DNA of 63,928 nt, counting the filler, from Lenisia limosa (lineage: Eukaryota; Protista; Breviatea): the NCBI GenBank assembly GCA_001655205.1. It is 11 parts of 11 records of this genome, joined end to end, with 100 filler letters (N's around TTAATTAATTAA, not from the genome) between each part and the next. Parts side by side here need not be neighbours in the genome. Positions count along the whole stretch, not along the records: positions 35,308 to 44,306 come from LPNZ01005084.1; positions 44,407 to 47,865 come from LPNZ01009397.1; positions 47,966 to 52,496 come from LPNZ01010962.1; 8 more parts are not named here. One strand, 5' to 3'. This document shows, one piece after another, positions 36,093-49,605 of this stretch. A program made the position numbers and the translations under genes. The notes below the pieces were generated by a model. It saw only the letters and a list, made by a program, of their open reading frames with translations, made no database searches and was not told the origin of the DNA. Positions within the stretch are counted from its first letter, which is position 1; the number at the start of each line of letters is the position of its first letter.

Positions 36093-39000
36093 CTAACTTT
36101 TGGAACTGCATGTCTCCTGAAAGTCAGCGCAGCAATCCCCCATTTCAATGCAGTCAGAGGTACAAGAGCATCTGCATTTCGGGCAGTCCAGGAAACATCT
36201 GGGGAATGAACATTCTTATGATATGATGCTTTCCAAAATATCCTGTCGCTTCTGATAAGCAGAGGAATTGATGCAGATCAGATATAATAATTATATATAA
36301 TAATTAAAAAGTTGTTATTTGAAAAGAAAAACAAAAAACAAGAGACAAATATTCATTTTTGTTGTTTTACACAGTCCTATAATACAGGTACATGAATATA
36401 ATCAGGCACTTCCCATCTGGCTCAGAAGGAATTCCCCAGAATCAAAATACAATCCAGAATCCAATTGAAATGCATTATCAAATGAATAATTCATATGAAA
36501 CTTGTTTATCAGTAAAGATCATCAAGACTTCTCCGTAATAAACAGCCTAACCTTGACTGACATGATACGGGGGAAACGCAGCTCCCATTGAGACACAGAG
36601 TTGCAGGGTCACATTCAGAGTCATATGTGCAAGCTGGAGTCGTAAATGTGAGATGAATCCATAAGAGACCAGAATTTCTTAAATATCTTGAATAGTGTAT
36701 CTATTGACAAGTTCTTGTCATAATTCTTAATACAAAACTGTTCACAAAACCAAATTTGTCGCACAAGTGTTAAGATTTTTTACAGAACCGATCATAAGCC
36801 TGCCCACCGCAACTTCCGTTAACACATGCAGTATGGCGGCATTTCCGGATACATTGGCCACAGTGCTCCTTATGAGACCTTGTGTCTACACACGCGCCGT
36901 TGCAGACAGTTTTGCCAGGCGGACAGTCGAACTATTTAGGTATTAAAGTCATATAGTATGTGAATACTCATGACATTAATTGGGAGAATATTTTGATGGT
37001 TTTGGTCTAATACAAAAAGAATGTTGTTATTTTAGATTCACAATTCACTGATTGGTATTTTTCATTATTCACATTAAAATTTACATTTAATTAGATCTTC
37101 AAAATCACACTGAATTGTACATACATATTCTTCCTCTGGTCGATACAAAGAACATTTCCCCTCCCTACATTGGCACACGTTGAGTTGACACATTGCATTC
37201 GTCCGCAATCATTACCACATTCTCCGCAATTACTGGGATCATTGACCTACCAAGAGAGTTAAATAGTTCATGGTCCTGAAACAAAATATTTTAATTGCTC
37301 TGTATAAATGAGAGGAAAAATAAACCGCATATGATACTATGAATGACCAAAAACATGAACAAGTCAGGGTAATGCCGCGAATATCGTTATGCATATATCG
37401 GTATTGCAATTACCAATGAATCATTAATATTAGAAAGTGCAACCAACCACATCTTCACATCCTGTTGGGCAGAGTTGCCGATCTGCAGGACAAACTTAAA
37501 TGTCAAAAAGACCATTAGAATTGTATCCTGCCAAGATTCCCAATTAAAACATTCGAAATTCAAAAAGATAATTTGAAAATCCAAGCGTACTAAGCCAATT
37601 CATTATGCCCAGATTAAGCGTATTATTATTATTTGCTTATTGTACGATAGTTTTTTTTCCTATTTTCATTGTTTACAATCACAGTTCTCCTATTTATGTA
37701 CCCCCAGCATACTGCATCCATCTTCGCATATGGCCCCTATAACATTAGACATACTTCAAAAAAAGGTGTGACAGGGTATATTTAAGAAATACTAACCTCC
37801 CATTAGCCCTCAGCTCTCTGATAGAACATATCATTATGACATGGGGATTCTTTGTTGCTTCTCCCACGTACACAGAATTATCGATAAATAGCAATATATC
37901 TCTCATGTCTTATACAAGGTGAATCCACACAAAAATAACACGTATTGTACCCTTCTACCCACCTTTAGGACAGACATTGTCGCAGTGAAGGCAGTTGAAC
38001 GGGTCGGAAAACGTTGACGTACAGACGTTATGGCATGATGTCTGCATTCGGTTGCAACTTTTGACACATTTCCCTGGTGGTTACAAATGGAATCAAGAGA
38101 AACTGTCTAATACAAATATAAATGAATGAAATTTTAATATCCATTGTCTTAGCATACCGTTAATACAGCTACTTCTCCTCCCGCAGCTGTGAAAGCACTC
38201 TCCGCAGTGATTATTGTTGTTCAGATTCACGCATTCGCCTCCACAAAGAGTTTTAGAAATGGTACATAGAGTGTCGGGATTCACTGAGGGAATAAGGATG
38301 GAGCGCTTTCAAAGGGATTAATTAAGTGGAGGGTTATTTATCGATTGCATTTCCTCTAGTTTCTTCTCTTTAACACTCTTATATGGCGTAGTTGTGTTTC
38401 TCAAAAAGCTTCAGTCTCACAAAATGCTGTAATATCTGTGATAAAGAGCCGGGTTCGTTTACATTCCATTTTGCTATTTATAATGAAATTATATAATACA
38501 TCCCACCTACCACATTTGCCTTGGTAACAGTAGTGACCAGGGCCACAGGCAAAGAAGCACTTGCCGCATGAATACTGCGACCTATTGAGGTCGAAGCATT
38601 TACCGCCGCAATTGGTGAGTCCGAACAGACAGGGCCGGGCTGTGGGGTATGCGAAATGGTGATATTTGTAATATTGCGAAACAGAGGACGTTAACATTAT
38701 ATTTTAACAATTGTCACATTGACTATTGGATTGGAAAATAAACACAGTGCATTGATTAGGGATGCGATGGGAATTGGGTGATATTGAGTATTGTAATTGA
38801 GGTAAAATTGAAAGTTAATATTACATTATAAAAATCATCATTGGCTCAAGGAAGCCAGTCATTCAACATGATGCAACCCGTCACCCCACATACTGCATTT
38901 GCCATACGAGCAGATGTAATTGTGCACGCACTGCCTACCACATTCACCACACTAAAGGAGAGTTACATGTCATAAACATGACCCTTATGGTCAAAACAGA

Positions 39001-40103
39001 ATTTAATATGTGTGAGAAGAGATGGTTAGGCACTGTTGTTTTTGAGAAAATTTTCCGATTAAGGGAAGGCGTATTGCTGTTTTCTTAATTCACTCAATAA
39101 GTTAGCCTTGGGGGATAGAAGAGGGTACATACGTTTTGTGGGTCATTGTAGGTGTTCACACATTCACCAGAGCATTCAACCTGATGATCGGGGCAGTCTG
39201 GGGTATTATATCAGAGATGGGCAATAAAACAAGTTTTTTTCTGGCTGAAGCTGTTAGGCATGACTCCAAACCAAATTCATGACGTACATCATCACAGACG
39301 CTCCGAAATTCAAAATCATGGACAAAATTGCCATCGTTATAACAAATCCATAATTCATTATGGGTTAGCGATCTGCTTGAAGGCAGCTTGGATCATCGTA
39401 GTTATTTATACCTACCCACAAATCCCAAAATTTTATGAACATAAATCATAATTGTCAAATCTAAGAAAATCCTTGTACATCTATCTATAACTAGGATAAA
39501 CTGCTTTCGATTTGATTTTTCAATTATTAAATTACTCTCATCCACACCTTACGGGTACCCATTCTATAGCCCCCCCCCCTCATCCACACCTTACCCATTC
39601 TATAGCACTCCCCCTCACCAATGCAATGTCCGTTTGAACATTGGGCATTATCTCCAAGGCAAATACGCCCACATTCACCTGCATAATCAGGGAGATAATG
39701 AGAAAACGCACCACTAGGCGGATAAACTGTCATATTTCATGTATTTGAGCGGAATTTAGAAACTGACGAGTGTGTGGGGCATTTGTTGTTAACATATTTA
39801 ATGTTGTATTTCTGGATAGGTTAAAATTAATAAACTGATAAAGAGGATGGATTACAGTTAATAAACTGAGAAGGGTATTCGCTTCACATATTATTATCAT
39901 AAAACTTGAAGAAATGTGTGAGTGGAGGGTATACAAAATCTGGTACTTCACATTATCATGAACTGGAAACTTTGTCATGGAAATTTTGACGTTTCCACTA
40001 ACTCCTTTAAACCCAACTCACCCCAACTACTCACCGCAATTGTGCTCGTCAGTGAAGAGGCTGGTGCATTTATTGTCACAGAGGTATTCGTTTGAATTGC
40101 ATT
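36093..40103 (-). CDS. Cys-rich protein: tandem STIG1-like modules plus a C-terminal somatomedin-B domain
   Basis: Exons 40103-40035, 39678-39619, 38639-38511, 38283-38158, 38073-37963, 37246-37169 and 36931-36808 encode C-GGxC-D/N...D-xx-NCG-xC-xx-C-...-C-xx-G-xC repeats. The last exon, 36198-36093, reads CRCSCTSDCIEMGDCCADFQETC (SMB pattern) followed by a stop. Confidence 0.8.
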
Positions 40104-40714
40104 CTAAAAGAATAAAGGCATCTCTTGTGACCAACTTGATTGTATTCTACTAATTTCAATTTTTTTTTTATAAATGAATATTCCTTTCTTCCAAAAAAGA
40201 TAACCTCATGGATTCTCTGACAACCTTTCTGTTTAATATCTAATATCATATCATAACTACATTGACCAAGGTTGTCATTTCCAAATGAATCAAATTAAAG
40301 ACTGCTCATATAGCTCTTGACAAGTAGTCAAGAGCTATATGAGCAGTCTTGATCAAACTGAAAAACAATAAAAGATGTTACAATATATTCTGTTGTCATC
40401 TAATTGTTTTATGTTGTTTGTCGTGTTATCTCTGGCGAACCTGGAGGAAGCACCTCAATTATGTAAGAATATCGAGGGGCTGTGTGACTGAAGTAAACGA
40501 ATGTTGTGGGGATGTAGAAATGCTTTTCGAGCTGCAAAAGTAAGATTTTATGATAATAACCCACCATATGTAATCATTATTCCACAAATATTTAGCATTT
40601 TTGCATTCTGATATTTATCAGAAAGTGCATTTCAATATCATACCACTACCAAATATGCACAATACCGATTTTTCGAATCAACACGGAGCCAATATGTTAT
40701 ACATTTCAGACTAA

Positions 40715-40797
40715 GGCTTCACTTCGGTTCGAATAAGACCTTTCGATAGTTTTCGAGTTTTCGAAAAATTCAGTCTTTTTCGAACCGAAGTGAAGCC
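40715..40797. mobile_element. Family C MITE
   Basis: GGCTTCACTTCGGTTCGAATAAGAC...GTCTTTTTCGAACCGAAGTGAAGCC. Confidence 0.85.
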
Positions 40798-43700
40798 ATA
40801 CTTCAAATTATATCCCCCTTACGGTTCCGCCATTTGCTCGCAGTAGATAGTCAAAGTTTCTGTTGGGTAGGTTATGCTTTTAACAGACATAATCTGAAAA
40901 AATAGAATGCACAGTGTTATTACTTGAGCTTTCCTACAGTCCGAAAAAGTCGTATAAAATATCGATATTTAACGATAATTTATCGAGAAATTCAGTCTTA
41001 ATTGGGACCGTAGGGAATCTATAATTATTACATAATTATATGATATCTGCATACAATGACAATGAGAAGTCAAAAGCATTAAACACTTGCTATATGTATG
41101 TACAACATGTGATATTTATATAACATGTCAATCTGATAAACAGTCAGTAACAGTTTATTTAATTGGTACCAAATTGAGCAAGTTGCCTACTTGTCATCAA
41201 CTCCTGTAACAGAGTGAACCTAATTCAGTAAGTCTTCATTTGTGTTTCTATTGTGTATGATATACAGAGAGTGGAGTGATCTTCAACCAATTCAAATATT
41301 ATATGAGTATTATATGAGAACAACAGCTTCACAAGTATTCAAAAATGAATATACGAAGTCATATCAGATCAATACCAGAATAATATACTCAACAAAATGT
41401 CCACCGCGCAGCCATTTGAACACATAATGTATATCAATATGTTGAAATGGATAATACTAGTATCTGGCCAAAGGAGAATTGTTTTTGAATTTTGTTTGAA
41501 TTATTCCAGATATGCGCTTACTATGTTGTCTTCGTTAATCCAAAGAATGTCATCGTCAGTCTACATTCGTAATAGGTAATAATTAGTGGTCCCTGCAATA
41601 TGGTATTCAAGGGAATATGCTCAGATAATTTTGGTTAGTTTCGATGACTCAGCCATCTGTTAAATCAAAAAATGAAGCAGTGACCACCTATGTCATTATG
41701 GACACCTGCATATACGGAATTCATATAACTAGGACTTCACTTCGCTTTGAATTAAGCCTGAATTTTTCGATAAATTCTTGAAAATTATCAATATTTTACT
41801 GGTCTTTTTTGAACCAAAGTGAAGCACTAATTCTAACATTTATGATTTATGAGAGCTTCACTTTATGTTCCAAAAGACTGGTAAAATATCGGTTATAATA
41901 TGGAGAGTGATTATCAAATGAAATACTTGAAATCTATCAGGGGGATGTTACAGGAATATATCCTCCTAAAAAGCGGATGTTATCCTGACATACTGTGATT
42001 TCGACTAATTGGGTTGTGGCCCGTCCATCTTCGAAGATGATTTTCACTACATCTGAATTTACATTTCCTGAAGCTGGTTAACAAGTTGTTCATTACAGAA
42101 AAATGCATGGATATAAGAACGGACATTTTGGGAGTTTAAACCCTGGTATTATAAGGAAGATATTCAATTCCAGCCCTAAATAAGACTCAATTTTCAATAA
42201 CTCATCAATGAGCCTCGATATATATGACCGGTCTTCTGGAACCAAAAGTCAAGCTCTTGTCGAAATGTTCTCTGAATCTCGTATTCATGATTACCAACAA
42301 CACACCTTTTAGTTTTTGATTTTTTATAAGATTGATTTGGTATCCCAAAATCAGTATTGGTAATAAACAACTTTATTGGAAATTCAGTCATTTTTGGAAT
42401 CAAAAAGTAGAGAACCTAACTCATGTCGAGAGATAATCATCTTCTCATCAACTGTCAATAACCCTCAAACCAAAGACATACAGCAAAAGAAGGGCTAAAG
42501 TCAAGCATTTGAAACGCGAACTTGCCATAGTATTATGTGAATGAAATGTGCTGATGAGTGTGAGTAAGACTTGACTCTCAGGTAGTGTCTTTTGAAACGG
42601 GTTCTTTTATTTGGAAGAAAATTGAACACCATCAAAAACTGTTTTGAAATCAAGGATTTCTGTCAAAGAATAAAGGTTGGGGGACTTTCCCTATTTGGAA
42701 AAGACTGAATTAATATTCCTCCCGCCAACACCGCACGGCCTATCTAATGTGTCTTTGGACCGGTTTATGCGGGAAAAATGAATCTGAAAATAAACACAAT
42801 ACGCACTATGGAAGAGTAATCAGTTTGAGAGAAACTTCATCAAAGAGGAGGAACAGAGTTCCCAGATTTGGTGACTTTTAGCTTCATTATACACTGTTGC
42901 GCGATGAGTAACAACTATAAGGTAGCGTTGCGGTATTTTAAAACATTTAATAATCAAATCAAACACTGAACAGTGTCATCGGATGTCTGTCAAATTGATA
43001 GAGCCTCTTTTGGAAGACCGACTTGTTTATCCGTGATTCTCAAACCTTGCTATCCGAAATAGTAGTAGAAAAAAATAGTGGTTGAAATCATTGAGTATGA
43101 TTTTAGAACAAACTAATAGATCCACAAAAACTCAATTTGATAGTAATTTGAAGATTCTCGAATTTATAAGTAAAAAACCCATCTGTTCCTCCATGATGAT
43201 AATGATATAATAAATTAACTCAAGAATTTCACTCTCGTCTAAAGAGGCTGCAATATGCAGGGCTGTCATANNNNNNNNNNNNNNNNNNNNNNNNNNNNNN
43301 NNNNNNNNNNNNNNNNNNNNNNNNNNNNNNNNNNNNNNNNNNNNNNNNNNNNNNNNNNNNNNNNNNNNNNNNNNNNNNNNNNNNNNNNNNNNNNNNNNNN
43401 NNNNNNNNNNNNNNNNNNNNNNNNNNNNNNNNNNNNNNNNNNNNNNNNNNNNNNNNNNNNGGTGGGAGGGGTTAAATCTAATTACCAGAGAACCGGCGGT
43501 TGGATCGGGAAATTTTGATGAACTTTATCAATAATCTGGGGGGATGTTCACCCTAGAAACAACAAAAGCTCCGATTTTGCAATAGAGACCCGAAATTGAA
43601 CCTCAGAGGTTGTGCAATATCTGACGCTCGTTTATGACTTCAAGATCTTTTCGTAGAAACAAAATAATAATTATTGATAATGTGTAAGTACACTCTATAA

Positions 43701-44454
43701 AGAATACAAAATTTACGTAGAAACACTAATATAGTTCTTTTTAAGCCAGTGTTTAAGCCCGTCCTTCTCCCGATACTTTGAATTCCGCCGTCTCTAAATT
43801 CTCTGTGTGTCTTCCTATCTTCTTATCCATCACCCACTATGGGGTGCGGCAAGAGTAAAGAAAAGAAGAATGGCGAGCACCTCCCGTAAGCGTGTTGGCT
43901 TTTCCTTTCCCGCTGAAATGGGATGATTGTTGTCGTTTTCTTTCCTTCAAAACTTCATCTCTTGGTTTAATTGCTTTAATTGTGCGATTAAATTCATTAA
44001 ATTCTGTATGGCATTATCTATGACATTCATTAAGTGTTGCCAATTTTTGACGTATCTCATGATTCCTGTTTTTGTCTTGGTCATCAAAGTAGTTTATATA
44101 AGTTTGGCATTTATTAGATTTCCCCAATTTTTTTTTTGTTTTACTCGCCAAAATTCGTTGCTAAATTTGTGATAGACAAGTACCAGTTTTTCTATGCTAG
44201 TTTTTTTTTTATTTGTTTGTTTTACAGTTTCTATTATTGACCTCAACCCCGCTCCCATTTTGTCCAGTTTTGGGTTTGGCCTGGGCTTTGTTTGTTTTGC
44301 TGTTAANNNNNNNNNNNNNNNNNNNNNNNNNNNNNNNNNNNNNNNNNNNNTTAATTAATTAANNNNNNNNNNNNNNNNNNNNNNNNNNNNNNNNNNNNNN
44401 NNNNNNTGTAAGGGAAATGTTTTCACTAACTGTTTAGTTTATGTATACACACGC

Positions 44455-47400
44455 AATGACTACGACACTACGTTCACAAATAACACGTTTATCCAAAACA
44501 CTGCTTCGTAGGGGGAATCACCTGTGTTCAATTGTTTATTAGCGGTTAACTTTATAACTCCAATCCTTTCACCATGATCGGGTCAACTCATCACCATTTT
44601 CAGTGGCAATGGAGGAGCGATGTACATTCGTTCCAGCAACCGCAACCGTAACATCTACTTGGACAACAATATCTTCTTGGACAACACGTTGCAGGGGCAT
44701 GGCTTGCTTGTAATTGAAGCATTATTTGCAAACTTGGAGGCTATTGAACCGAAACCAGNNNNNNNNNNNNNNNNNNNNNNNNNNNNNNNNNNNNNNNNNN
44801 NNNNNNNNNNNNNNNNNNNNNNNNNNNNNNNNNNNNNNNNNNNNNNNNNNNNNNNNNNNNNNNNNNNNNNNNNNNNNNNNNNNNNNNNNNNNNNNNNNNN
44901 NNNNNNNNNNNNNNNNNNNNNNNNNNNNNNACTACAGCACGGTATTCCAGAGCGGCAACCACTACAAGTACAACCATGCACTATTCACTGGAGGCGCCAT
45001 TGCTACAAGTGGGATTGTGCAGAGTGTCATCGGCATCATGTGCTATTTGAAATCCACACCAAATGCTGAAATTCCGAATATAAAGGCCCGGGGTTGACCC
45101 CCCCCCCNNNNNNNNNNNNNNNNNNNNNNNNNNNNNNNNNNNNNNNNNNNNNNNNNNNNNNNNNNNNNNNNNNNNNNNNNNNNNNNNNNNNNNNNNNNNN
45201 NNNNNNNNNNNNNNNNNNNNNNNNNNNNNNNNNNNNNNNNNNNNNNNNNNNNNNNNNNNNNNNNNNNNNNNNNNNNNNNNNNNNNNNNNNNNNNNNNNNN
45301 NNNNNNNNNNNNNNNNNNNNNNNNNNNNNNNNNNNNNNNNNNNNNNNNNNNNNNNNNNNNNNNNNNNNNNNNNNNNNNNNNNNNNNNNNNNNNNNNNNNN
45401 NNNNNNNNNNNNNNNNNNNGAGTACAATTGGGCCGATTATGCTGGAGGAGCGTACTTCTGTGACGCGTCATGGTTCTGGCATATGATGGTAGGGGGCAAG
45501 TGCAGCAATATAGCAGTTTAACTTCCTGGCGTGAAATGGTGTTAATGTCCCGACTTGACCGTTTAGAACGCCTCAAATGTCTTGCTGCATAACGTCGGGC
45601 TTGAGGGAGGGTCCCCTAACATGCTTTGCCAAACCTGCCATGCGGGTGAGCTGGTTGCTATCTGCATTGATCCTTGAAGAAGTTACTGTGTACTTCCTAT
45701 GCTGTCCGAGTTATTATGAAAACTAAAATAGACCAAGACAATACTCTTTTGATTCTCTCAGGGTCGCAGCTTGGATTCCCTGCAGGCTCAAATTATCCTG
45801 ATTCGGACTGGACCACTTATGTTGGGGGGTGATTCAGACTGGACCACTTATGTTGGGGGGTGATTCAGACTGGACCACTTATGTTGGGGGTGATTCAGAC
45901 TGGACCACTTATGTTGGGGGGGTGCAGTCTGGACNNNNNNNNNNNNNNNNNNNNNNNNNNNNNNNNNNNNNNNNNNNNNNNNNNNNNNNNNNNNNNNNNN
46001 NNNNNNNNNTTGGGGGTGATTCAGACTGGACCACTTATGTTGGGGAGTCTGTCTGAATGGTTCCATATCGGTAATCAAGATATGAAATCGAGATAAATAT
46101 GATCCTTATCCTCACGCCAGGACTCTTGCAACGACTGCGGCCATATTCTGACCAACTCGTCGTGCACCGAGGGCTGTGACAGCATCGTCAACTCCGGTGG
46201 GTATTCTCTTTCGCAGTCTATTCCGATAATCATGGCATTATCTCCAATCATTCCTGCAGGTGCCGGCAATGACTTGTGTGGAGAGTGCATGGGAGCGCCC
46301 TTCCTCTTCAGAAACCAAACTGGTGGGGGAAGGAAGGGAATGGCGTGTCACTCAGACCGCTGTACTCTGTCGGTTATCTTTGCATGCTTGGCAAACAGAG
46401 TTGATGAAGAATTGTGAAGGTTTTAGGGGAACAGAGTTGATGAAGAATTGTGANNNNNNNNNNNNNNNNNNNNNNNNNNNNNNNNNNNNNNNNNNNNNNN
46501 NNNNNNNNNNNNNNNNNNNNNNNNNNNNNNNNNNNNNNNNNNNNNNNNNNNNNNNNNNNNNNNNNNNNNNNNNNNNNNNNNNNNNNNNNNNNNNNNNNNN
46601 NNNNNNNNNNNNNNNNNNNNNNNNNNNNNNNNNNNNNNNNNNNNNNNNNNNNNNNNNNNNNNNNNNNNNNNNNNNNNNNNNNNNNNNNNNNNNNNNNNNN
46701 NNNNNNNNNNNNNNNNNNNNNNNNNNNNNNNNNNNNNNNNNNNNNNNNNNNNCAACCGCCCCTGGCTACGAGGGTACGTTTCGTGTTGATGGTGATGCTT
46801 ATTTTTCATGTTGATGTTGTTCATTACCGCAGGATGTGTGAACTGCACCACGCTACCAGGAATGACGTGCACGGAGTGGACGCAATACGGCACCGAAGTG
46901 TCGACCTGCATTGGTGGCTGTCTAGAGGGCTGTCAAGGTCACTGTGGGAGGGCCTGTTTGATTTATTACTGTGGGGCCTGTTTGATTCATTACTGTGGAG
47001 CCTGTTTGATTCATTACTGTGGGAAATGTTTGATTCATTACTGTGGAGCCTGTTTGATTCATTTGTTTCTTCTATATGGGCCTTATTTGCCCAGGCGAGA
47101 CGAGTGGTATCGGAGGCTGTGACTGCTATGACGGTTGGAATGGCACGCTCTGTGACATCCCCATCTGCTCTCATTGCAACGCCACGTTCGGCAACTGCAC
47201 GGCGCCCGAGGTACTTCACTTCCCTTTTATGGCATGTTAACCTCCAGACATGCACGTGCTCAGTCCAAGCCACCCTCGACGGATGGGGCGGTCCGGGATG
47301 TGACACAGCTCAATGCACCGAGGGGTGTGGNNNNNNNNNNNNNNNNNNNNNNNNNNNNNNNNNNNNNNNNNNNNNNNNNNNNNNNNNNNNNNNNNNNNNN

Positions 47401-47865
47401 NNNNNNNNNNNNNNNNNNNNNNNNNNNNNNNNAGGCCTTACCGCTCAAGGATACGGAAACGGAACGTCCGCCCACTGTTTCGATGCTCCTTTCACCTGCT
47501 CCTGCTACCCCGGATACTACGGGCCCTTGTGCCTCAGCCAATACACATGTGATCAGGTGGGTGAGGGCACAGTTGTCTGTTCTGCCTTTGACACAGCCCT
47601 TCCGTCTTGCCTGCTTGCTCACCATATAGGGATGCGTGCGGGGCAACTGCACGGGTTTCAATGAATGCTCGTGTTGGGATCCTGAGCAGTACCTCCAGGT
47701 TTGCGTCAAAACAGCCACCCCGGTCATTGAGCCATTCTTAACACCACAGGGCCCAAGCTTTGAGACGAACTGCACCGAAGCCATTTGCCGCGAAGGCTGC
47801 AATGCCCTTGGTAAGATCGGTACCACTCACATCCAATAACCCCACAGGAGGCACGTGTGTGGACG
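44455..47865 (+). CDS. Large extracellular protein: parallel beta-helix (FxxN/GGAI) repeats plus tandem EGF-like repeats, partial
   Basis: Beta-helix part: TFTNNTFIQNTAS|GNGGAMYI, NNIFLDNT and ALFTGGAI. EGF-like part: GCQGHC|ETSGIGGCDCYDGWNGTLCDIPIC, CSVQATLDGWGGPGCDTAQC, CSCYPGYYGPLC and GCVRGNCTGFNECSC. Confidence 0.75.
45799..46041. repeat. 30-31 bp intronic minisatellite GATTCAGACTGGACCACTTATGTTGGGGG(G)T
   Basis: At least 5 near-identical units, interrupted by a gap. Confidence 0.9.
46941..47062 (+). repeat. 24-bp tandem repeat TACTGTGGAGCCTGTTTGATTCAT beginning at a splice donor
   Basis: 5 units; GT positions at 46944, 46971, 46995, 47019 and 47043. Confidence 0.9.
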
Positions 47866-47965
47866 NNNNNNNNNNNNNNNNNNNNNNNNNNNNNNNNNNN
47901 NNNNNNNNNTTAATTAATTAANNNNNNNNNNNNNNNNNNNNNNNNNNNNNNNNNNNNNNNNNNNN

Positions 47966-48060
47966 CAAAATCAACTCTTTTGGCTGATAATACACGAATG
48001 TTGATAGCAACAAAACAAACAAAGCCCAGACCAGTCGCTTCCGTAGCACCGTATCCCATA
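47966..48060 (-). repeat. Family A element (sense to host), truncated at the scaffold end
   Basis: TATGGGATACGGTGCTACGGAAGCGACTGGTCTGGGCTTTG...TATCAACATTC...AAGAGTTGATTTTG. Confidence 0.85.
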
Positions 48061-48061
48061 A

Positions 48062-48375
48062 ACCATCGATAAATCCTCGACAATTCCTCGATAAATCCTT
48101 GATAAACCCTCAACAAATCCTCGACAAATCCTCGATAAATCCTTGACAAATCCTCGATAAACCAAACCCCTGATAAGTATGATAAGACCTTAACTTGACA
48201 AACCCATGATAAGTCCTTGACATTACAAACCCATGATAANNNNNNNNNNNNNNNNNNNNNNNNNNNNNNNNNNNNNNNNNNNNNNNNNNNNNNNNNNNNN
48301 NNNNNNNNNNNNNNNNNNNNNNNNNNNNNNNNNNNNNNNNNNNNACATGACAAACCCATGAGAAGTCCTTGACAT
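48062..48375. repeat. Two short satellites derived from MITE sequence
   Basis: About 8 copies of AAATCCTCGAT/CA (family C core), then repeats of ACAAACCCATGATAAGTCCTTGAC (family E TIR-like). Confidence 0.75.
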
Positions 48376-48389
48376 GATAACCCCCACAC

Positions 48390-49310
48390 CTTGTAGACAT
48401 TGCCGTTTGGATCCAAGATCTCAACTGCTGGCAACTCAAGCTGCAACTTGAAGGTGGCTAACTCCAAAAACTGCGAGGGGGGAGTAAAACGAAATTGTTG
48501 AACACCACACCCTTTCACCCCTTATCATTAAAATCTACCCCCCATGAACGTATGTTAACCCGTATATCCACTAGTGGCCCCCGGGACGCACCTGCATTTT
48601 GGTCATGGCCCTGCTGATAACGACAATGGGTCCGCGGCCGTCAGCCTCCTGGCCCACTGTGTAGAGGCGGCATCGATTGCTCCCCTGTGGATGGTGGTGA
48701 TGGTGATGTATAAGCAATAAAAATTCACCCAATCATTTGCCTTACCTTGGTGCAGACAACTTTTTGCGTGCCTCCCCAACATACATATTAGAACACAATC
48801 CCTTCCCATTATTATGAACTTCCAGTAAGATACACATATCGTAAGGTAATTTTCATTTTAAATACTTGCTTTCGACCCCTTCATCACCATCCTCCTGGCT
48901 TAACATCAACATCACCATCCTCTTTGCTTGACATTAGCATTAATAATACGTGACATTAAAACTGCCTCCACCTTCCCCAGATGACATTAAAACAAAGTGT
49001 TAAAAGGAAACCCCCACCTTCGCCAAATCAAGAAACCCTTTACACCCCATATTAAAAAACAAGTGCATCACTTTTGCTTCCGTGAGACCGCTAAAATATC
49101 GCTATTTATTGAGGATTTATCGAGAATTCAGTCTTTTTTTGGAACCGAAAGTGAAGCTCTCTTCGAAACGCCACTGACCTTGCCCGCCAAGCCATCAACG
49201 TGCTTCTGTTGGGCCTTGAATGGAGTATCCCGCTCCCTCCGCTCCTCTTCTGAGCGGTTTCCGTCATCGTTGTTGTCGTCAAGGCTAAACCCCCAATCAT
49301 CGTCAGCCAT
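48390..49310 (-). CDS. 5' part of a gene with a KHA/DCX-like ubiquitin-fold domain
   Basis: Exons 49310-49179, 48684-48592 and 48470-48390 are all phase 0 and give MADDDWGF...GSNRCRLYTVGQEADGRGPIVVISRAMTKMQFLELATFKLQLELPAVEILDPNGNVYK. The resemblance to KCTD9-type KHA is by eye. Confidence 0.6.
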
Positions 49311-49605
49311 GGTGCCCTTGGATCACTACCAAAAACACGGGTCGCGAAACGGACGGGAGAACTACTTTGCGCCGAAGATGGCGGCGATTTTAATTATATG
49401 TCTAATAAACCTATATAACCAATGAGTGGGAAAGGGAAAGGGGAGGATGCTGAGGGTGCCAGAAAAGGCTATTGTAATATCGATAACTTTCGAGGTTTTT
49501 TTCCAAACTCTAACGCTTTTTACCCATTTTCTTCTTCTCATCCTCCTCTTTGCGCCAATTTACTGCAATAACAAAGTTAAAACCTATTTACTTCGCGTCA
49601 AAGAA
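49311..49605. promoter_or_regulatory. Putative bidirectional promoter between the KHA-like gene and the UBC9-like gene
   Basis: Divergent ATGs 295 bp apart. Inferred from position only. Confidence 0.45.

Noticed and set aside
45799-46041. 30-bp repeat as a CRISPR array or a coding repeat
   Set aside because: Head-to-tail units without unique spacers, located inside an intron.
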